Origin: Candidatus Aenigmatarchaeota archaeon
Lineage (GTDB): Archaea > Aenigmatarchaeota > Aenigmatarchaeia > QMZP01 > JAFGSV01
DNA: 64,000 nucleotides
Direction: 5' to 3'
NCBI GenBank assembly: GCA_016931255.1
Contig: JAFGFG010000005.1
Span: forward strand, 7,053-71,052
Below are positions 9,112 through 19,492 of the stretch, in pieces. Within the stretch, counting starts at the first letter, position 1. Each line of letters begins with the position of its first letter. The notes below the pieces were generated by a model. That model saw nothing but the letters and a program-made list of their open reading frames with translations, searched no databases and was not told where the DNA came from. A program made the position numbers and the translations under genes.

Positions 9112-10029
9112 CGGCGTTCCGGAACCCATGAAATGGACCTTCTGCGCATTAAGGTCCATAAGGATGAACCTCTCGTTCTTCCTGTAAACAATCTTCCTGT
9201 CTGCCTTCAGCGTTATTGTGCTTCCGCTGATATCCGTGACTTCAGCAGGGAAAGACTGCATTCCCACAATGACATGGAACTTTCCGGCGGTTATGCCGCC
9301 TTCATAGAAAATATTAGCGTCGAATGAAATCTTCACGCTTTCCGAAACCCTGTAGGATTCCGGCTCCGCGATTATCGCCCCGCGCCTCATCTCCTCGACT
9401 GTCGCGCCCTTTATCGCAAGGCCTACCCTGGAACCCGACGGCGCCTCATCGAAATTCTTGTCATGCATCTGTATTGACCTGACGAGAATCTCCTTTTTCT
9501 GAGGGTAAAGCCAAAGCTTCTGGTGCTTCTTAACAATCCCGGACTTTACGAAACCGAGGACTATCTCGCCGACACCTCTCACGCTGAAGGAATGGTCAAC
9601 TGCAACGGATGGTGGCGATTCGTTGTCCGGCTCATGCTCTATCCTAGAAAGCGTATCGAATATATGATGCTGGTCCCTGTTCCTTACAGTGAAATTCTCA
9701 AGGCTTGTGCCCCTTGTCATCTCCACTATCCGCTTCACATCCGTTCCAGGGGTGGCGACGGCAATGCCTTTTTTCACTCCAATGGCATTGATCATTAATA
9801 TGGTCTCTCCAAGCTCGGGCCCGGGATTCTCAAACGACACGATTGCCGCATCAATGACTGACATTATCTGCGCTTTCGCGGAGAGCTTTCCCTCAAGCGG
9901 CTGGATGAACGTATAAGCAGTGTCGTCCTCCTTCCTGTTGAAGAATGACATATCGCTTTCCGTGCCCTTCTTTCCCAGAACCCTTCCGAGTTCATAATCG
10001 TTGAATATGCCAATTGTGAGGCTTTTCAT
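9103..10029 (-). CDS. EF-Tu/EF1A-family protein with degenerate GTPase motifs (pseudo-GTPase)
   Basis: EF-Tu domain II-like beta-barrel segment SVRGVGEIVLGFVKSGIVKKHQKL. The N-terminal G-domain-like region lacks a canonical GHVDHGKS P-loop (it has LGKKGTESD). Likely start is MKSLTIGIF. Confidence 0.5.
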   Translation of the reverse strand: MKSLTIGIFNDYELGRVLGKKGTESDMSFFNRKEDDTAYTFIQPLEGKLSAKAQIMSVIDAAIVSFENPGPELGETILMINAIGVKKGIAVATPGTDVKRIVEMTRGTSLENFTVRNRDQHHIFDTLSRIEHEPDNESPPSVAVDHSFSVRGVGEIVLGFVKSGIVKKHQKLWLYPQKKEILVRSIQMHDKNFDEAPSGSRVGLAIKGATVEEMRRGAIIAEPESYRVSESVKISFDANIFYEGGITAGKFHVIVGMQSFPAEVTDISGSTITLKADRKIVYRKNERFILMDLNAQKVHFMGSGTPSE

Positions 10030-10079
10030 ATAGTTACCATATAATATATTTACTTTAAAATAGCTGTGTATTAGATAAT

Positions 10080-11084
10080 ATGGCAAACAGGAAACTGAAC
10101 CTTCAGGATATGGTATTCAATGTAAAGGACGACCCCATGCCCAAGGGCTCATGGTGGTGGTGGTTCTGGCTTCTCTTTTTCGACAATCCCAAGAATCCGA
10201 AGAAACCAAGGCAGCTGATGATTCTATGGTCAACCAAGAATGAGAAATCAATAGACTGCAATGGTAAACTTATGCTTCTCGGACCGCAGGATGACAGGAG
10301 CAATATGAACGGTGCGGTGGCTGCATGGTATTTCGACGGCGAAAAGATGAACCATAACTTCCTTCTCGAGCAGTGCAGGCTGAAAATCACTGGGAACAGT
10401 CTTGCATCCCAATCCCGGACGCCAACGACTTTTTTAATGGACGGAAAGAAGAGTGTTGTCACCATAGGGAATGGCCTGAAATTCACGGCACGGATGACAG
10501 AGAAGTGCGATTTCACAAAGCCTGACTACAGGACGAACCATTATCCTCTCGGCATGAATTACTCTCTGCTGAGGGTGAATCATCTTGACCTTGATGTTGT
10601 CCTGAACGGCGAAAAGCTGAAAGGAAGCGCATATTTTCAGAGGGTGTTCGTTAACTCACCGTCTCCCGGATGGTACTGGGGAGTGCTGCATTTTAAGAAA
10701 GGCGGAGTTCTCACATACTTTAACCCAAGATTCATGGGAAAGAGCGTAAAGCAGGACATAGTCCTCTTCGACGGGAAGGACACCCACAGATTCAAGCGAA
10801 TAGAAGTCCGTCGGATAGAAGCCGGTCCGTTCCCGGACTTCGTGATAAATGGCGAAAACGAGACCCATACAATAAAGTTTACAGTCGTTTCCTACGAGCA
10901 TTCGTCATGGACATTCAGGAAGCGCGCGTTCGGCATCTTTCCGAACAAGCTCGTTTACAACGAATACCCGATGACAGTCAGCGACCTCGTGCTTGAGGAC
11001 AAGAGAACCGGAAAGAAGATAACGTCGGACGACCTCGGTTTCGCAATAGGCAATGCCGAGCATTCAACAGGCCTGCTCCTCTGA
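10080..11084 (+). CDS. hypothetical protein
   Basis: 334-aa ORF with a Trp-rich hydrophobic N-terminal stretch (WWWWFWLLFF). No recognisable family. Confidence 0.45.
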   Translation: MANRKLNLQDMVFNVKDDPMPKGSWWWWFWLLFFDNPKNPKKPRQLMILWSTKNEKSIDCNGKLMLLGPQDDRSNMNGAVAAWYFDGEKMNHNFLLEQCRLKITGNSLASQSRTPTTFLMDGKKSVVTIGNGLKFTARMTEKCDFTKPDYRTNHYPLGMNYSLLRVNHLDLDVVLNGEKLKGSAYFQRVFVNSPSPGWYWGVLHFKKGGVLTYFNPRFMGKSVKQDIVLFDGKDTHRFKRIEVRRIEAGPFPDFVINGENETHTIKFTVVSYEHSSWTFRKRAFGIFPNKLVYNEYPMTVSDLVLEDKRTGKKITSDDLGFAIGNAEHSTGLLL

Positions 11085-11339
11085 CAGCATGTAACAGAAT
11101 AGCTAAAGCGTAACTTATCGGGCTTGTGAATAAAAGAGAAAGTGCCCCCGCCGAGACCTGAGCAATTTGTTCATATTAGGCGTAGCTTATTGCTTCTACT
11201 ATAGAATGATTCTTTAAAAATATAACCATGTCAGATTTCATGAAAATCATGAAAAATTAAACTCTAATACATTTAAATTTAAACTTTTTGTTTTTTTTTT
11301 GCATTACGGCTCTACAAAAATTTGAGTGTTTAAACCCCC

Positions 11340-11347
11340 TTTTATAA
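11340..11347 (+). promoter_or_regulatory. archaeal TATA box (ttttataa) ~23 nt upstream of the ATG, implying a leaderless transcript
   Basis: ccccttttataagtcccgtattatttcaatcATG sits in an AT-rich 280-bp intergenic region upstream of the large surface protein gene. Confidence 0.4.
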
Positions 11348-11366
11348 GTCCCGTATTATTTCAATC

Positions 11367-14300
11367 ATGGACTTCAGGAAAAGTTCCGCCGCGACAATTT
11401 CTCTGGTAGCGTTATTCTTCTCTATGATTGTCGTCATTTATTCCGTTAACTATGCAACGGCACTCGACGAGCCGACACTTGTCCACATCTATGACGACAT
11501 AGGTCCGTTCCATGCCTGCTCCTATTACAGCCTGAACTCCTTCGACAAACTAAGCAAGCTCGACACCACAACGCTGACGCTTGACAGCAAGAACGAGGTC
11601 ATCGGAAAGATCAGTAACGGGAAGTGGGAATGGAAGCTCACCGTCCCGTACACCGTGGCTGTCGTGGACGAGAAAATCCCGCGAACAGTGACATCTTGCC
11701 AGGAAGACAACGTAACGAAAGAAGAGATATGCAACGAAGAAACTGCATATGATTACACTTACAAGGACGAGACAAGATACAAAAACGTGTGGAAGCCGTT
11801 TGACGACTACAAGATGGTCTATAATCATGACATTGGCGTGAAAACCAATCCTGTCCAGATGGTCCGTTACTGTGCCGACACAGAACTCGTGCAGGAAGGA
11901 GGCCTTTGGAGACTGGCCGTGGACATCATCCCGACATTCGACGGCAGGGTATATCCGGAGTACAACTGGTGGAACACCTCCATGACCAGATCGAACGTTA
12001 CGACTATAAACAGTGACGCCGAACTTTTCTTGGTGAATGACACTTACGGGCTCGACATAGGAGGAGGTATACAGTACATCTGGTGTGAGAAGGGAACTAC
12101 CCAGATATACAACGACACAAATGGTAATATATACTGCTCAAATGGAACTGACAGACTTCTGACAATCATAGACGAAGGTAATGGAACTGATTATAATCTC
12201 ATAGGGTTGGACGGAGATATTCTGCGATTCTACACGCTCAATGGCACGGACACTTATGACCACAGCGTTTATGGTGTCCACGGCATAAACCAGACAAATA
12301 TAGATTCGATAGAAGGGCAGATAGGCAAGGCTCTCAACTTCACAGGAAACTCACATTTTGAAGTTCCCGACTTGTACAACACAGCACCGGCTGCCGGAAC
12401 AATGCTCATGTGGGTATATATGACTGATGCACAATCTACATGCAGGAATGAGAAGCTGATTGATTCAAACAACTTCTTCCAGATAAACTTTCATAACTAT
12501 GCTTCCTACACCCAGACCATAGAATTCCATAGCAGAAGCGGGAGTTCCACCGACAAGATACGTTATCTATCGGGAGATTATGTCCATCCTATGAATCAGT
12601 GGTTCTTTTTGACGATTGAATGGAACTCGACTGGTTTCAGTATGTATGTCAATGACAGTAAAATAACGACGTGGGATACATCAACGTTTAACGCAGGAGT
12701 AGTCGGAGGGTTCGATTCGGACTGGAGATTCGGGGAGAACATAGCCGGTACTGCCGATTGTCTCAATGCCGGATTTGACAATGTGTTGTTCCTAAATAGG
12801 TCGATATCTAACGCGGAAAGGACTGCATACTACGAGAACACCAAGCCAGATGGCTATTCAGATGTTGGAGACATGGAAACGTATCACATCACTAAAACAA
12901 ATATATACCAACCAATAAACGATACTGTTCACAACAAAGACACGATAAACCTTCTCTGGTCCTTCGAAGACTCCGAATACGAAGAACCAGTCTGGGCAGC
13001 CTACAGCTTCAACGACAACATAACGAACGAGAGCCTCTTCTTCAACGACGAAAATTACACGAAATTCTTCTTTCCACTGAGTTCTGGAAATTTGGATCTT
13101 TATACGCCTGTAGGCAACCCCAATGGGATAGCGACCAATGGTTCCTATATTTGGATAACAGACGGTCAGCAGAACTCTGTCTACGTGTTCACAACAGAAG
13201 GCGAATACGTAGACGATTTCCAGCTCAGCGAATTTCATTCCTCAATACTTGGAATTACCACAAACGGTACATATATTTGGATATCGGACCCGAATAATCA
13301 TAGTGTCTTCATGTATGACATGAACGGTGATTACACCGGAATCAATTTCAGTGTTATACAGGATGACGGCACTGATCCAGCATTCGGCATGGACAATGAC
13401 GGAACATATTTTTGGTTGACAAAATACCTTGATAAAGGAATTTTCAGGTACTGGATTAACAACAGGACTTTCTCGGATTTCAATTTCAGCGTCGCCGATG
13501 AAACAGACGACCCATGGGGCTCAACCACCAACGGCACTTATATATGGGTAACCGATAATGTCGATGGCAAGATATACAAATACGAAACAGATGGAGATTA
13601 TACGGGAAGAAGCTTTTCCACTGCAGCTAGCAACTCCAATCCGAGAGGCATAGCGGCTTCGTATCCCTTCCTTTGGGTTGTTGACAGTACGGATTATTCT
13701 GTTTTCAAGTATGCGTACGCACCCACATTCAGCAACGTTACCCTGCAGACTTCCCAAGGTTGGAACAATGTGACGGTATGTGCCAATAACACCGATGGCG
13801 ACCTCGCCTGCAACTCCACCACTTTCTTCGTTGATTCCATACCACCTGAAATTAACATCACATTCCCGCAGAACAACACCCGCTACAACTTTACATGGGT
13901 TAATATAACAGGGACAGCCAACGACACTAATATCGATACCGTATGGATAAACGACACCAACTTCGGTATCAATCTGGACGACTACTACAACTGGAACTTC
14001 ACCAACATGAGCATAGAAGAAGGAGACTACTCGCTTACTGTTTATGCCAACGACACAGCAGGGAACGAGGTGAGCACTGAGGTGCATTTTATGATTGGTG
14101 TGTGGAATGTGACGTTCCACGTATATAGTGGGGAATATGGAGAAGAATTAACAAGTATTATTGTTTTCTGCAATAATTCAATAATTTATTCTTTAGACAG
14201 CGGTGACACGGTAAGCTTTACGACAGGCGATTTTAGTTGTATATTCGATGAAGAAAATTTCTATAATAAGACTGTAGAATTTACTGTAAATAACGACACG

Positions 14301-15074
14301 GAAATAGATGTGACACTTTCTATAATGGGCGGCCTAACAGTAGAAGAACATGTATGGCTAGATTATTTATATGACTGCTGGTCAACTGGTGATTGCAGGG
14401 ACACCTTGAACAACATAGAGACGACTGTAGTATACATCAACCAGACCACGGAACAGATAAAGGAAACCGTTGACAACGTCTGGGATCAATTTGAACAGAC
14501 GGACGAGGACGTGGTCGAAGAGACACGTATAAATATGGAAGTCAACGAATCTTCCAACATAACGATCAACTACTCGATAAATGTGCCTGTAAAGCAGGAC
14601 TATCAGTTCCTTCCGATAAGGATATTCTACTGGTTCCTTGACGAGACGAACACATCATGTTACAGCCAGGGAAACTATACTGTTGAGATGGTGGAGCCGT
14701 ACTGTCAGCCGCTGGTCGCCCACACCATCGGTGAGGTAAACACCGTCCTCAACTTCACGGTCGAGATGAGGCCGAGCCTGCCTACAGGGAATTACACGCT
14801 GGTCAGGAGGATAGACATAGACCCCGACGAGATATGGATAAACTACGGGCATGAAGTTATAGGAACGATTGATGTGACAGAGGATTCGACTCAGAACAGC
14901 ATCGGTCTTAAGGTGGCAGGAAATGGTCCGACCGCTGAAGAAGTGAGATCCGATAGTGTGACCGGAGAGGTCATAGGATTCATGTTCGACAACGGAACGG
15001 TCTCACTCATAGTCTCGGTGATGTCACTAGTAGTCGTTGTGACATACATAACATCAAGAAAGAAAATTAGATAA
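11367..15074 (+). CDS. large cell-surface glycoprotein with LamG/concanavalin-like domain and NHL/SMP-30-type beta-propeller repeats, C-terminal TM anchor
   Basis: 1235 aa. N-terminal hydrophobic signal/anchor. GKALNFTGNSHFEVPD...MLMWVYMTD resembles LamG. Four to six ~45-aa blades (NGSYIWITDGQQNSVYVF, NGTYIWISDPNNHSVFMY, DGTYFWLTKYLDKGIFRY, NGTYIWVTDNVDGKIYKY). Dozens of N-x-S/T sequons. C-terminal TM helix plus RKKIR. Confidence 0.8.
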   Translation: MDFRKSSAATISLVALFFSMIVVIYSVNYATALDEPTLVHIYDDIGPFHACSYYSLNSFDKLSKLDTTTLTLDSKNEVIGKISNGKWEWKLTVPYTVAVVDEKIPRTVTSCQEDNVTKEEICNEETAYDYTYKDETRYKNVWKPFDDYKMVYNHDIGVKTNPVQMVRYCADTELVQEGGLWRLAVDIIPTFDGRVYPEYNWWNTSMTRSNVTTINSDAELFLVNDTYGLDIGGGIQYIWCEKGTTQIYNDTNGNIYCSNGTDRLLTIIDEGNGTDYNLIGLDGDILRFYTLNGTDTYDHSVYGVHGINQTNIDSIEGQIGKALNFTGNSHFEVPDLYNTAPAAGTMLMWVYMTDAQSTCRNEKLIDSNNFFQINFHNYASYTQTIEFHSRSGSSTDKIRYLSGDYVHPMNQWFFLTIEWNSTGFSMYVNDSKITTWDTSTFNAGVVGGFDSDWRFGENIAGTADCLNAGFDNVLFLNRSISNAERTAYYENTKPDGYSDVGDMETYHITKTNIYQPINDTVHNKDTINLLWSFEDSEYEEPVWAAYSFNDNITNESLFFNDENYTKFFFPLSSGNLDLYTPVGNPNGIATNGSYIWITDGQQNSVYVFTTEGEYVDDFQLSEFHSSILGITTNGTYIWISDPNNHSVFMYDMNGDYTGINFSVIQDDGTDPAFGMDNDGTYFWLTKYLDKGIFRYWINNRTFSDFNFSVADETDDPWGSTTNGTYIWVTDNVDGKIYKYETDGDYTGRSFSTAASNSNPRGIAASYPFLWVVDSTDYSVFKYAYAPTFSNVTLQTSQGWNNVTVCANNTDGDLACNSTTFFVDSIPPEINITFPQNNTRYNFTWVNITGTANDTNIDTVWINDTNFGINLDDYYNWNFTNMSIEEGDYSLTVYANDTAGNEVSTEVHFMIGVWNVTFHVYSGEYGEELTSIIVFCNNSIIYSLDSGDTVSFTTGDFSCIFDEENFYNKTVEFTVNNDTEIDVTLSIMGGLTVEEHVWLDYLYDCWSTGDCRDTLNNIETTVVYINQTTEQIKETVDNVWDQFEQTDEDVVEETRINMEVNESSNITINYSINVPVKQDYQFLPIRIFYWFLDETNTSCYSQGNYTVEMVEPYCQPLVAHTIGEVNTVLNFTVEMRPSLPTGNYTLVRRIDIDPDEIWINYGHEVIGTIDVTEDSTQNSIGLKVAGNGPTAEEVRSDSVTGEVIGFMFDNGTVSLIVSVMSLVVVVTYITSRKKIR

Positions 15075-15095
15075 ACGTTTAAACGTGGCTTTTAT

Positions 15096-17648
15096 TTGAA
15101 TGATTATACAAATACTATCATGAGAGGCATAATCGCCATAACTGGTCTCTTATTGGTTTTATTATCCTCATTTGTAAATGCGAATGCACAGCCTTATTTG
15201 TTTGAGAACCACACTTGGCAAGAAAATTTGATTGGCGCGGAGTTCGTTTCTAGTGCATGGGGCGATATAGACAATGACGGAGATTTGGATTTGGCACTTA
15301 CTGGATGCACATATTACGGTGGCAGTGGCTGTACAAGTTTTATTGCAAAAATGTACATCAACAATGGTACATCTTTAGTTGAAGATTATGTATGGGGTGG
15401 TAATATGACCCCAATAAATTATGGCTCCATCTCTTGGGGCGATATAGACAATGACGGTGACTTGGATTTAATTTCTATCGGATGTAGTGATGGAGGTGGA
15501 ACGGTTGGTGTATGCGGTGATTTTGGATACCAAACATTTGTATACATCAACAATGGTACATCTTTAGTTGAAGATTATGTATGGGGTGGAAATCTAGAGA
15601 AAATATGGAAGGGTTCTGCAGTACTTGGCGATATAAACAATGATGGTAGATTAGACGCGGTTTTAACCGGTCAAAGTGCCAGCGGTAAAATTTCGAACGT
15701 GTACATAAACAATGGTACATCATTGGTAGAAGATTCTGTATGGGGTGATGCTCTAACTTCACTTTATGAAAGTTCAGCAATTCTGGGTGATGTCAATAAT
15801 GACTGCAACATAGACTTAATATTGTGCGGTGATGAAGGTATCTCGAACGAAATAACAGAAGTCTATCTTAACAATGGCACCAACTTTATCGAAAGTTCTA
15901 CATGGCAACAAAATTTATTGGGTGTTGATTGGTGCTCTTTGTCATCCGCAGATTACGACAATGACGGTGATTTGGACTTAGCATTAATTGGTCATACTAC
16001 ACAAGACAATCAGCGTATTTACAGAAACACAGGAGAGAACTTTACAGAAATTCAGAAAGAAATAGGAGACCTAGTAGGAATTTTTGAGGGGTCCATGTCA
16101 TTTGGGGATTACGATAACGACGGTTATCTCGATTTGATAGCAACTGGAAATGAAGGGTATACTACTCTTTACTTATTCAACTCGTCTAGAAATAAATTCA
16201 CACAGTCTGTGGAAGACCCGGAAACAAGTATTTTAAATCTTGAAAAAGGAAGTTCCATTTCTTTTGTAGACATAGATAATGACCAAGATTTAGATTTGTC
16301 AATATTCGGTTATTTGGAACCCGTGGATCAGCAGGCTAGAATATATGTAAACAACATTTCATCATCAAACACATTGCCGACAGAACCAATTTCTGATTTT
16401 ATTGACGAATACAACAATAGTCTATTAAATCTATCGTGGGGAGGCGGTCTTGATGCAGAGACAGCAACACCCGGATTATATTACAATCTCCGTGTAGGAA
16501 CCTGCTCAGGTTGTCATAATATCGTATCTGGGGTATACGGCGGTTCTTCGAATCCCACTGCAGGTTACTTCGGCAACATGATGCAGAGGAAGTCGTTTAC
16601 TCTGAAAAGGAGCTTTGACCCAGGAACGACCATATACTGGGCAGTGCAGACGATTGACGCTGGACTTGCAAAATCGGAGTGGTCGGAAGAACAGGTGTAC
16701 GTGATACATGGAAACGAATCAAACTGCACTCCTTCCTGGTCATGTATAAGCTGGGGAGCATGCCAGCCGACTGATATACAGACCTGCATCTCGTGGACAG
16801 ATGCCAACAGCTGCAATGAAAGCTATAATGGCTCCAGCACGAGAAGCTGCACCTATGATGATGGAGGAAGCGGCGGGGGATCATCAGGTGGTTCATCTTT
16901 TGTATCTCCAGTTACAAGAGAATACACTTTCAATGCTATCAATAAAGGAGTTCTTGCCTCAAAGAACATCTCCGGCGGGATAACTGTAAGACTCGCTGTC
17001 AGGAACAATGTCACAAACGTGGACATAAAAGCCCACATGACCGCAGAAAAGCCCGCTTCCATAGCAAAAGACGTGTCAGGAAAAGTCGTCTACCGGTACA
17101 TGGAGATAACATCATCAGGAATCAATGATTCTGACATCGAGGAAGCGACAATAGAATTCAACATCACAAGCGAATGGTTATCCGATAACAAGATAGTCCC
17201 TGAGAGCGTGACGTTGCTCAGATACCACGAAAATGACTGGCAGGAACTGCAGACTGAAATGACATCGCATGATGACCATTTCTACTACTATTCAGCATCC
17301 ACTCCCGGCTTCTCATACTTTGCCATAACTGGCGAAGAGATAACAGAAGATGCAGATGCCACTGGCAATGCTAATCCGTCACTGCTATGCGACCCCGGTT
17401 CCAGGAGATGCTCAGGCAGCGAGCTTCAGGAATGCAACATGCTTGGAACCGTGTGGATAGCAAAGGAGCTTTGCGAGAACGGATGCGACCCACAAACCCG
17501 GACATTCATTCAATCACCGTCAGATATCCCATGGCAATACGTCATCGCATTGCTGGCAGCCGCTGTAGTGATTGCAGTTTTCCTGTTAAGAAAAGGCAGC
17601 AAGCCCAAGACACTGGAAGATGCACTGAAAGGCGTGCCGAACCGTTAA
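15096..17648 (+). CDS. cell-surface protein with seven FG-GAP/integrin-alpha-like repeats, Gly/Ser linker, Cys-rich module and C-terminal TM anchor
   Basis: Signal peptide (MRGIIAITGLLLVLLSSFVNANA, likely start at 15120). Repeats GDIDNDGDLDLALTG, GDIDNDGDLDLISIG, GDINNDGRLDAVLTG, GDVNNDCNIDLILCG, ADYDNDGDLDLALIG, GDYDNDGYLDLIATG, VDIDNDQDLDLSIFG. GGSGGGSSGGSS linker. TM WQYVIALLAAAVVIAVFLL then a basic tail. Confidence 0.8.
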   Translation: MNDYTNTIMRGIIAITGLLLVLLSSFVNANAQPYLFENHTWQENLIGAEFVSSAWGDIDNDGDLDLALTGCTYYGGSGCTSFIAKMYINNGTSLVEDYVWGGNMTPINYGSISWGDIDNDGDLDLISIGCSDGGGTVGVCGDFGYQTFVYINNGTSLVEDYVWGGNLEKIWKGSAVLGDINNDGRLDAVLTGQSASGKISNVYINNGTSLVEDSVWGDALTSLYESSAILGDVNNDCNIDLILCGDEGISNEITEVYLNNGTNFIESSTWQQNLLGVDWCSLSSADYDNDGDLDLALIGHTTQDNQRIYRNTGENFTEIQKEIGDLVGIFEGSMSFGDYDNDGYLDLIATGNEGYTTLYLFNSSRNKFTQSVEDPETSILNLEKGSSISFVDIDNDQDLDLSIFGYLEPVDQQARIYVNNISSSNTLPTEPISDFIDEYNNSLLNLSWGGGLDAETATPGLYYNLRVGTCSGCHNIVSGVYGGSSNPTAGYFGNMMQRKSFTLKRSFDPGTTIYWAVQTIDAGLAKSEWSEEQVYVIHGNESNCTPSWSCISWGACQPTDIQTCISWTDANSCNESYNGSSTRSCTYDDGGSGGGSSGGSSFVSPVTREYTFNAINKGVLASKNISGGITVRLAVRNNVTNVDIKAHMTAEKPASIAKDVSGKVVYRYMEITSSGINDSDIEEATIEFNITSEWLSDNKIVPESVTLLRYHENDWQELQTEMTSHDDHFYYYSASTPGFSYFAITGEEITEDADATGNANPSLLCDPGSRRCSGSELQECNMLGTVWIAKELCENGCDPQTRTFIQSPSDIPWQYVIALLAAAVVIAVFLLRKGSKPKTLEDALKGVPNR
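15355..15760 (+). repeat. near-identical intragenic tandem nucleotide repeats (period ~183 bp) inside the FG-GAP protein gene
   Basis: acatcaacaatggtacatctttagttgaagattatgtatggggtgg occurs at ~15355 and ~15544 almost identically, with a more diverged copy at ~15709. These encode the YINNGTSLVEDYVWGGN segments. Confidence 0.6.
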
Positions 17649-17790
17649 TGAAATCCGAAGCCTGAAAAGTGCAGTTCCCCCGCTATTTTGTGCAATGCCC
17701 TGACTGGGAATCGGGAAAAATTGTCAAAAACGGTATCATGCGAAGTTATAATAAATTAAGATGCCCCCGCCGGGCACTGAATGGGTTTGT

Positions 17791-19104
17791 TTACTCGTAA
17801 TACTCCAGTCCCAAGTGCGTGATAAGCTCCTCGCCCATCATGTGCCTCAGCGTGTTCTTGAGCTTCGTGTGCTGTATGAACAGGTCATGCTCCGGATGTA
17901 CCTGTGGTGCATGCATCGGCGCCTTGAAGTAGAATGAAAGCCATTCCTGAATTCCCTTCATTCCGGCCCTCTGCGCAAGGTCGCTGAACAGTGCAAGGTC
18001 CAGTACAATCGGTGCTGCAAGTATGCTGTCCTTGCAGAGGAAGTTAACCTTCAGCTGCATCGGGTATCCCATCCATCCGAAGATGTCGATATTGTCCCAT
18101 CCTTCCTTGTCATCGCCTTTTGGAGGATAGTAGTTAATCCTCACTTTGTGGTAAGTGTCCTTGTAGAGGTCCGGGTACATGTCAGGCTGGAATATGAACT
18201 CGAGCGCGGATTTCTTGCTTATCTCCTTGCTCTTGAAGGAGCCGGGGTCATCCAGCACGAGTCCGTCCCTGTTTCCAAGGATATTCGTGGAGAACCATCC
18301 TCTGACACCGAGCATCCTGGCCTTTAGCGCCGGAGCAATGACAGTCTTCATCAGCGTCTGGCCTGTCTTGAAGTCCTTTCCTGAGATTGGAACGCCTTTC
18401 TGCCTTGCAAGCTCGTCAAGAGCCGGTATGTCTGTTGTCAGGTGGGGAGCGCCGTTTGCGTAAGGCACGCCCTCCATTATTGATGCGTAAGCGTATATCA
18501 TCGATGGCGAAATCCACTCATCGTTGTTCTTCAGCCCGTTCTCGAATGACTCTATGGTCTCATGCACCGGGTGCTGTTCTATGTACACTTCCGTGCTTCC
18601 GCACCACACAACGACCATCCTGTCAAGCTTCTTTGCCTTCCTGAAGTTCCTTATGTCTTCGCGGACTTCCTGTGCCATTTCCCATTTGCTGCCTTTCTTC
18701 TTGTTCGGCCCGTCTATGTTGTGTATGAATTTCTGGTCAAAGACAGCCTTCAGGGGTTTCACTTTTTCCATCTCGCCCCTGACATCCGCAAGGTCGCGCA
18801 CATCAAGCACACCCGCCTTTACAGCAGCTTCGTAAGCATTGTCATCGAAAATGTCCCATGCGGCGAACTCTATGTCCCTGAGGTCAGCAAGCGGCACGAA
18901 ATCCCTTATGAGAGGGCTTCGCGACTTGTCCCTGCCACCGAGCCTTATTGTCTGCATCTGCGTGACGCTTCCGAAAGGCTTCGAAAGTCCTTTCCTTATC
19001 CTGAAGACACCCGCCATGAATGTGGTGCTCACTGCACCAAGACCTGGTGTAAGTATACCGAGCTTCCCTGTAGCCGGCTTTATTTTGACTTTAGTCATAA
19101 TCAT
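17791..19104 (-). CDS. myo-inositol-1-phosphate synthase (inositol-3-phosphate synthase)
   Basis: Blocks matching the archaeal MIPS family: LGAVSTTFMAGV, IYAYASIMEGVPYANGAP, KTGQTLMKTVIAPAL, GWFSTNILGNRDG, DSILAAPIVLDLALF, FYFKAPMH. Confidence 0.88.
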   Translation of the reverse strand: MIMTKVKIKPATGKLGILTPGLGAVSTTFMAGVFRIRKGLSKPFGSVTQMQTIRLGGRDKSRSPLIRDFVPLADLRDIEFAAWDIFDDNAYEAAVKAGVLDVRDLADVRGEMEKVKPLKAVFDQKFIHNIDGPNKKKGSKWEMAQEVREDIRNFRKAKKLDRMVVVWCGSTEVYIEQHPVHETIESFENGLKNNDEWISPSMIYAYASIMEGVPYANGAPHLTTDIPALDELARQKGVPISGKDFKTGQTLMKTVIAPALKARMLGVRGWFSTNILGNRDGLVLDDPGSFKSKEISKKSALEFIFQPDMYPDLYKDTYHKVRINYYPPKGDDKEGWDNIDIFGWMGYPMQLKVNFLCKDSILAAPIVLDLALFSDLAQRAGMKGIQEWLSFYFKAPMHAPQVHPEHDLFIQHTKLKNTLRHMMGEELITHLGLEYYE

Positions 19105-19177
19105 ACCTCCAACGATGTTTTATATGTATAAAATAGTTTAGTTAACTTATATATTTTACGAGTGTAAAATAATCTTC

Positions 19178-19492
19178 ATGAAGGGAAAGCTTCTCAAAAG
19201 GCTCGGAGACCTGAATACCAAGGACTGCCTCTGGACATACATCCTGCGGATACTTTCGGACGGTCCTGTTCATGCGTATTCGGTGAGGGCTGAGGTGCGC
19301 AGGAGGTTCGGCTTCCAGCCAGGCACAGTCACTGCTTACAGGGTGCTTTATTCGCTGACAGCCAACGGATTCGTGACCAAGAAAGCTGACGGCAGGCGAA
19401 AGGTTTACAGCATAACCCCGAAAGGAAAATCCGAGCTTGAGGCAGCTGTATCATTCTACAAAAAGCAGTTCAAAGACCTTTCGGTCTCATGA
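19178..19492 (+). CDS. PadR-family winged-helix transcriptional regulator
   Basis: 104 aa. The pattern DCLWTYILRILSDGPVHAYSVRAEV...GTVTAYRVLYSLTANGFV is typical of PadR. Confidence 0.7.
   Translation: MKGKLLKRLGDLNTKDCLWTYILRILSDGPVHAYSVRAEVRRRFGFQPGTVTAYRVLYSLTANGFVTKKADGRRKVYSITPKGKSELEAAVSFYKKQFKDLSVS

Noticed and set aside
13521-14120. 199-aa minus-strand ORF inside the LamG/NHL surface protein gene
   Set aside because: It is antisense to a 1235-aa ORF with coherent domain and repeat structure and has no motifs.
16900-17300. PGF-CTERM archaeosortase signal in the FG-GAP protein (STPGFSYFAITG)
   Set aside because: The PGF motif lies ~100 aa before the C-terminus, is followed by acidic residues rather than a TM helix plus basic tail, and the protein has its own C-terminal TM anchor.
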